Assembly (NCBI GenBank): GCA_963749075.1
Contig: CAVVLJ010000021.1
Span: 576,001 to 640,000 of the forward strand
Direction of reading: 5' to 3'
Origin: an uncultured Pseudomonadota bacterium
GTDB taxonomy: Bacteria; Pseudomonadota; Alphaproteobacteria; JACZXZ01
DNA length: 64,000 bases
Below, in pieces: positions 61,699 through 64,000 of the stretch. The notes beneath the pieces were generated by a model. That model was not told where the DNA came from. It searched no databases and was given only the letters and a program-made list of their open reading frames with translations. The stretch's first letter is position 1. Every line of letters starts with the position of its first letter. Both the position numbers and the translations under genes were made by a program.

Positions 61699-63210
61699 TC
61701 AGGCCCGCCTCACGCGATCGAGCCCCGCACGCAGCCGCGCGCGCAGCCTCAGCCACGCGACGGCGAGGCGGGTGCCGCGCGGGAGGCTTCCGCCGTGCCG
61801 CCTCGGCGAGGCGCCAAAGGGGAAAGCGGGCACGCGGCCCGCTTGCGGCACGCCGCCGGCCGCGAGCTCGATCGCGAGGACCTTCGCCTGCAGATCATCG
61901 AGGCTCATGGCGTGCGGGAAGGCGGCCAGCCCGCGCTCGCCCAACGCGGCTGCGTCGACGGCGCCCGCGGCGAGCGGCAGTGCCACGAAGCGCCGCTTGT
62001 AGGCGATGAGGTTGTAGCCGAGATAGTTCTGCTTCACGAGCACGGGGGCGTTCCCCGCGTCCGCCGGCCACAGCTCGAGCGGGCGGCGGCGGAACTCGTC
62101 CCGGCGCCGCGGCATCGCGGCCTCGGTATCGCCGGCGCGCGGGACGTAGCCAAGCTCGTCGAGATAATCCTTGGGCAAGCGCTCGAGCGCTGCCCACGCG
62201 GCAGCGCTCAAGACGGAGCGATAGGCGCCGATCCTGCCCTCGCGGAAGGTCGGGCTCCGGGGATTGAAGATGCGCTTGCCGATCGCAGCCGGATCGCCGG
62301 GAATCTGCAGCTTGAGCAGCAGCGACCAGATGAGCTGCCGCTGCAGCCTGTCGCTGCCGCCTCCTGCCTCGCCGACCAGCTCCTCGAAGGCGACGGGGAT
62401 CACGTTTCCGAAGCTGAGCCACGGAACGAAGCGGCCAACGCGGTCGCGCAAGCTGCCGAGCAGCCAAGGATCGTCGATCAGGCGGAGGAGCCTCTCCTCC
62501 GGGCTCAGCCCGGCGAGATAGCCGGCGAAGGGACTGTTGCCCGGCTCGTGGTAATAGCCGGCTTCCGAGACGACGATGTCGTAGGGGTTGCGGTAGATGA
62601 AAAGCGCCGGCGTCCGCATGAAGGGGTGGAGGCGATTGCCGTGCGGCTGGCGCCTGACGCTGTCGACGAAGAAATCGGGCGCCGCGGTGTGTGCGTTGCT
62701 GTACTCGACATAGTACCAGAAGCCCGGCTCCGGCTGGTCCGGGGGCGTGAAGCCGTCGCGATAGCCCAACGCCCGCACGAGCTCCAACAGCAGGTGGGTG
62801 CCCGCTTTCGGAATGGCGATGACGAAGAGCGGCCGCGCCAGGCCGTACGCCTCCGTGAGCGGCGCCACGATCCGCGTGCCGTCGCGATCGACGTAGCCGA
62901 GGAGCTGCCGCGCGAGCGTCCGCGGAGCGGTCTCGCACATGATGATCGTGGCATGACGCCCGCTCGCAGGGTCCGCGGCTTCGTCGGCGATGGCGAGCCG
63001 GCCGCCATGGGCACTTGCCGGCACCAGTTCGGCCACCCGTTGCGCGAGTGTCCCCGCCGGCTCGAGCCGCACCCTGCGGCCCCGCCTCAGCTCGTCGCGT
63101 ACCGCCGCCGCAAGGCTCTCCGGGTGCCCGGGGACGAAGCGGAGCTCCCCGCTCGCTTCCGAGCTGCCCGGCCAACGAGCCCTTGCCGGCGCCATCTCCC
63201 CGTTCGCCAT
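61699..63210 (-). CDS. Sulfotransferase-domain protein
   Basis: IPKAGTHLL (5'-PSB-like), YRNPYDIVVS (3'-PB-like), FEEL, TFREGRIG; start uncertain. Confidence 0.7.
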   Translation of the reverse strand: MANGEMAPARARWPGSSEASGELRFVPGHPESLAAAVRDELRRGRRVRLEPAGTLAQRVAELVPASAHGGRLAIADEAADPASGRHATIIMCETAPRTLARQLLGYVDRDGTRIVAPLTEAYGLARPLFVIAIPKAGTHLLLELVRALGYRDGFTPPDQPEPGFWYYVEYSNAHTAAPDFFVDSVRRQPHGNRLHPFMRTPALFIYRNPYDIVVSEAGYYHEPGNSPFAGYLAGLSPEERLLRLIDDPWLLGSLRDRVGRFVPWLSFGNVIPVAFEELVGEAGGGSDRLQRQLIWSLLLKLQIPGDPAAIGKRIFNPRSPTFREGRIGAYRSVLSAAAWAALERLPKDYLDELGYVPRAGDTEAAMPRRRDEFRRRPLELWPADAGNAPVLVKQNYLGYNLIAYKRRFVALPLAAGAVDAAALGERGLAAFPHAMSLDDLQAKVLAIELAAGGVPQAGRVPAFPFGASPRRHGGSLPRGTRLAVAWLRLRARLRAGLDRVRRA

Positions 63211-63372
63211 GCCCAACCCTTGCGCAGGCTCCGCCGCCTCGCGTCCCGGCGGCCGCCGCTCGCGATGACGCGCCGCGCTCTCTGGCATCAGACCACACGA
63301 CGTTCAAGGAGGTACTACGGTCGGCTGAGCGACTTCCTTCGCTCTTCCCTCGCGGGAGGGCGGCAGCGGCTC

Positions 63373-63831
63373 TCAACCACGGTGATAGGGGTGCCCCGCG
63401 AGGATGGTCTCCGCGCGGTAAAGCTGCTCGGCCAGGAGCCCGCGCACGAGGAGGTGAGGCCAGGTGACCCGGCCGAGGGAGAGCACGAGGTCGGCGCGCG
63501 CGAGCACGGCGTCGGCCAAGCCGTGAGCACCGCCGATGGCGAAGGCGAGCTCGCTCACGCCGCCATCACGCCAGGCGGCGAGCTGCGCTGCAAAACCCTC
63601 GCTCGTCAGGAGCTCGCCCCGCCCGTCGAGGGCCGCGAGCTTGGCGCCGGCCGGTATGGCGGCGAGCAGCGCCTCGCCTTCCTTGGCCTTGGCCTCCGCC
63701 GGCGCCATGGCGGAATGCTGTGCCAACTCCTTGAGCCGCAAGGGCCAGGAGAGGCGGCGCGCGTAATGCTCGTAGAGTTGGCACTCGACGCCGCCGCGCG
63801 CTCGGCCCACCGCGGCCACAAGGATTCGCAT
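63373..63831 (-). CDS. rlmH: 23S rRNA m3Psi1915 methyltransferase
   Basis: IGGA-G, TWPH--VR-LL-EQLYRA, GHPYHR. Confidence 0.96.
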   Translation of the reverse strand: MRILVAAVGRARGGVECQLYEHYARRLSWPLRLKELAQHSAMAPAEAKAKEGEALLAAIPAGAKLAALDGRGELLTSEGFAAQLAAWRDGGVSELAFAIGGAHGLADAVLARADLVLSLGRVTWPHLLVRGLLAEQLYRAETILAGHPYHRG

Positions 63832-63877
63832 GGCACCTCGGATGCGGGCGGCGGCCGCGCGGCCGGCACCGTCATGC

Positions 63878-64000
63878 TCAGGCGATCAGCTCTGCGGCAT
63901 GCTCGGAGCCGGGGAACGCGCGCCCCCACATCTTTTCCAGCCTGTAGAGTGCCCTGATCTCGGGGCGGAAGAGGTGGACGATCACATCTCCGGCGTCGAT
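63878..64000 (-). CDS. rsfS: Ribosome silencing factor, partial (3' end)
   Basis: IDAGDVIVHLFRPEIRALYRLEKMW read from the window edge. Confidence 0.93.
   Translation of the reverse strand: MDAGDVIVHLFRPEIRALYRLEKMWGRAFPGSEHAAELIA

Overview
A GC-rich alphaproteobacterial chromosome segment (Rhodospirillales-like gene order, inferred). The core backbone is sdhCDAB, zapE, mdh-sucCD-sucAB-lpdA, xerC/DUF484/fsa, priA, atpHAGDC and rsfS-rlmH-gpmI-envC-ctpA-rppH. Six toxin-antitoxin modules sit at operon junctions, four with a broken toxin. A complete type I-C CRISPR-Cas locus is present (cas3, cas5, cas8c, cas7, cas4, cas1, cas2, and an array of about 65 repeats counted by eye). Two signals stand out. 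(1) Between cas3 and cas5 lies a single crRNA-like unit: an intact 5' handle, a 22-nt guide and a hairpin. The guide matches the DNA about 40 bp upstream beside a TTT PAM, mismatched at positions 6, 12, 13 and 18, and it precedes an unannotated 55-aa ORF. This is a candidate Cascade-repressed toxin or autoregulation module. (2) Two paralogous, roughly 550-nt, highly structured minus-strand non-coding loci (about 12-564 and 4083-4645) share a covarying 3' three-way junction. Each lies downstream of an identically spaced cluster of five DnaA-box-like sites and a sigma70-like promoter. Several +1 frameshifts, including one in sucC, probably reflect sequencing error. All family assignments come from motif recognition by eye; no searches were run.
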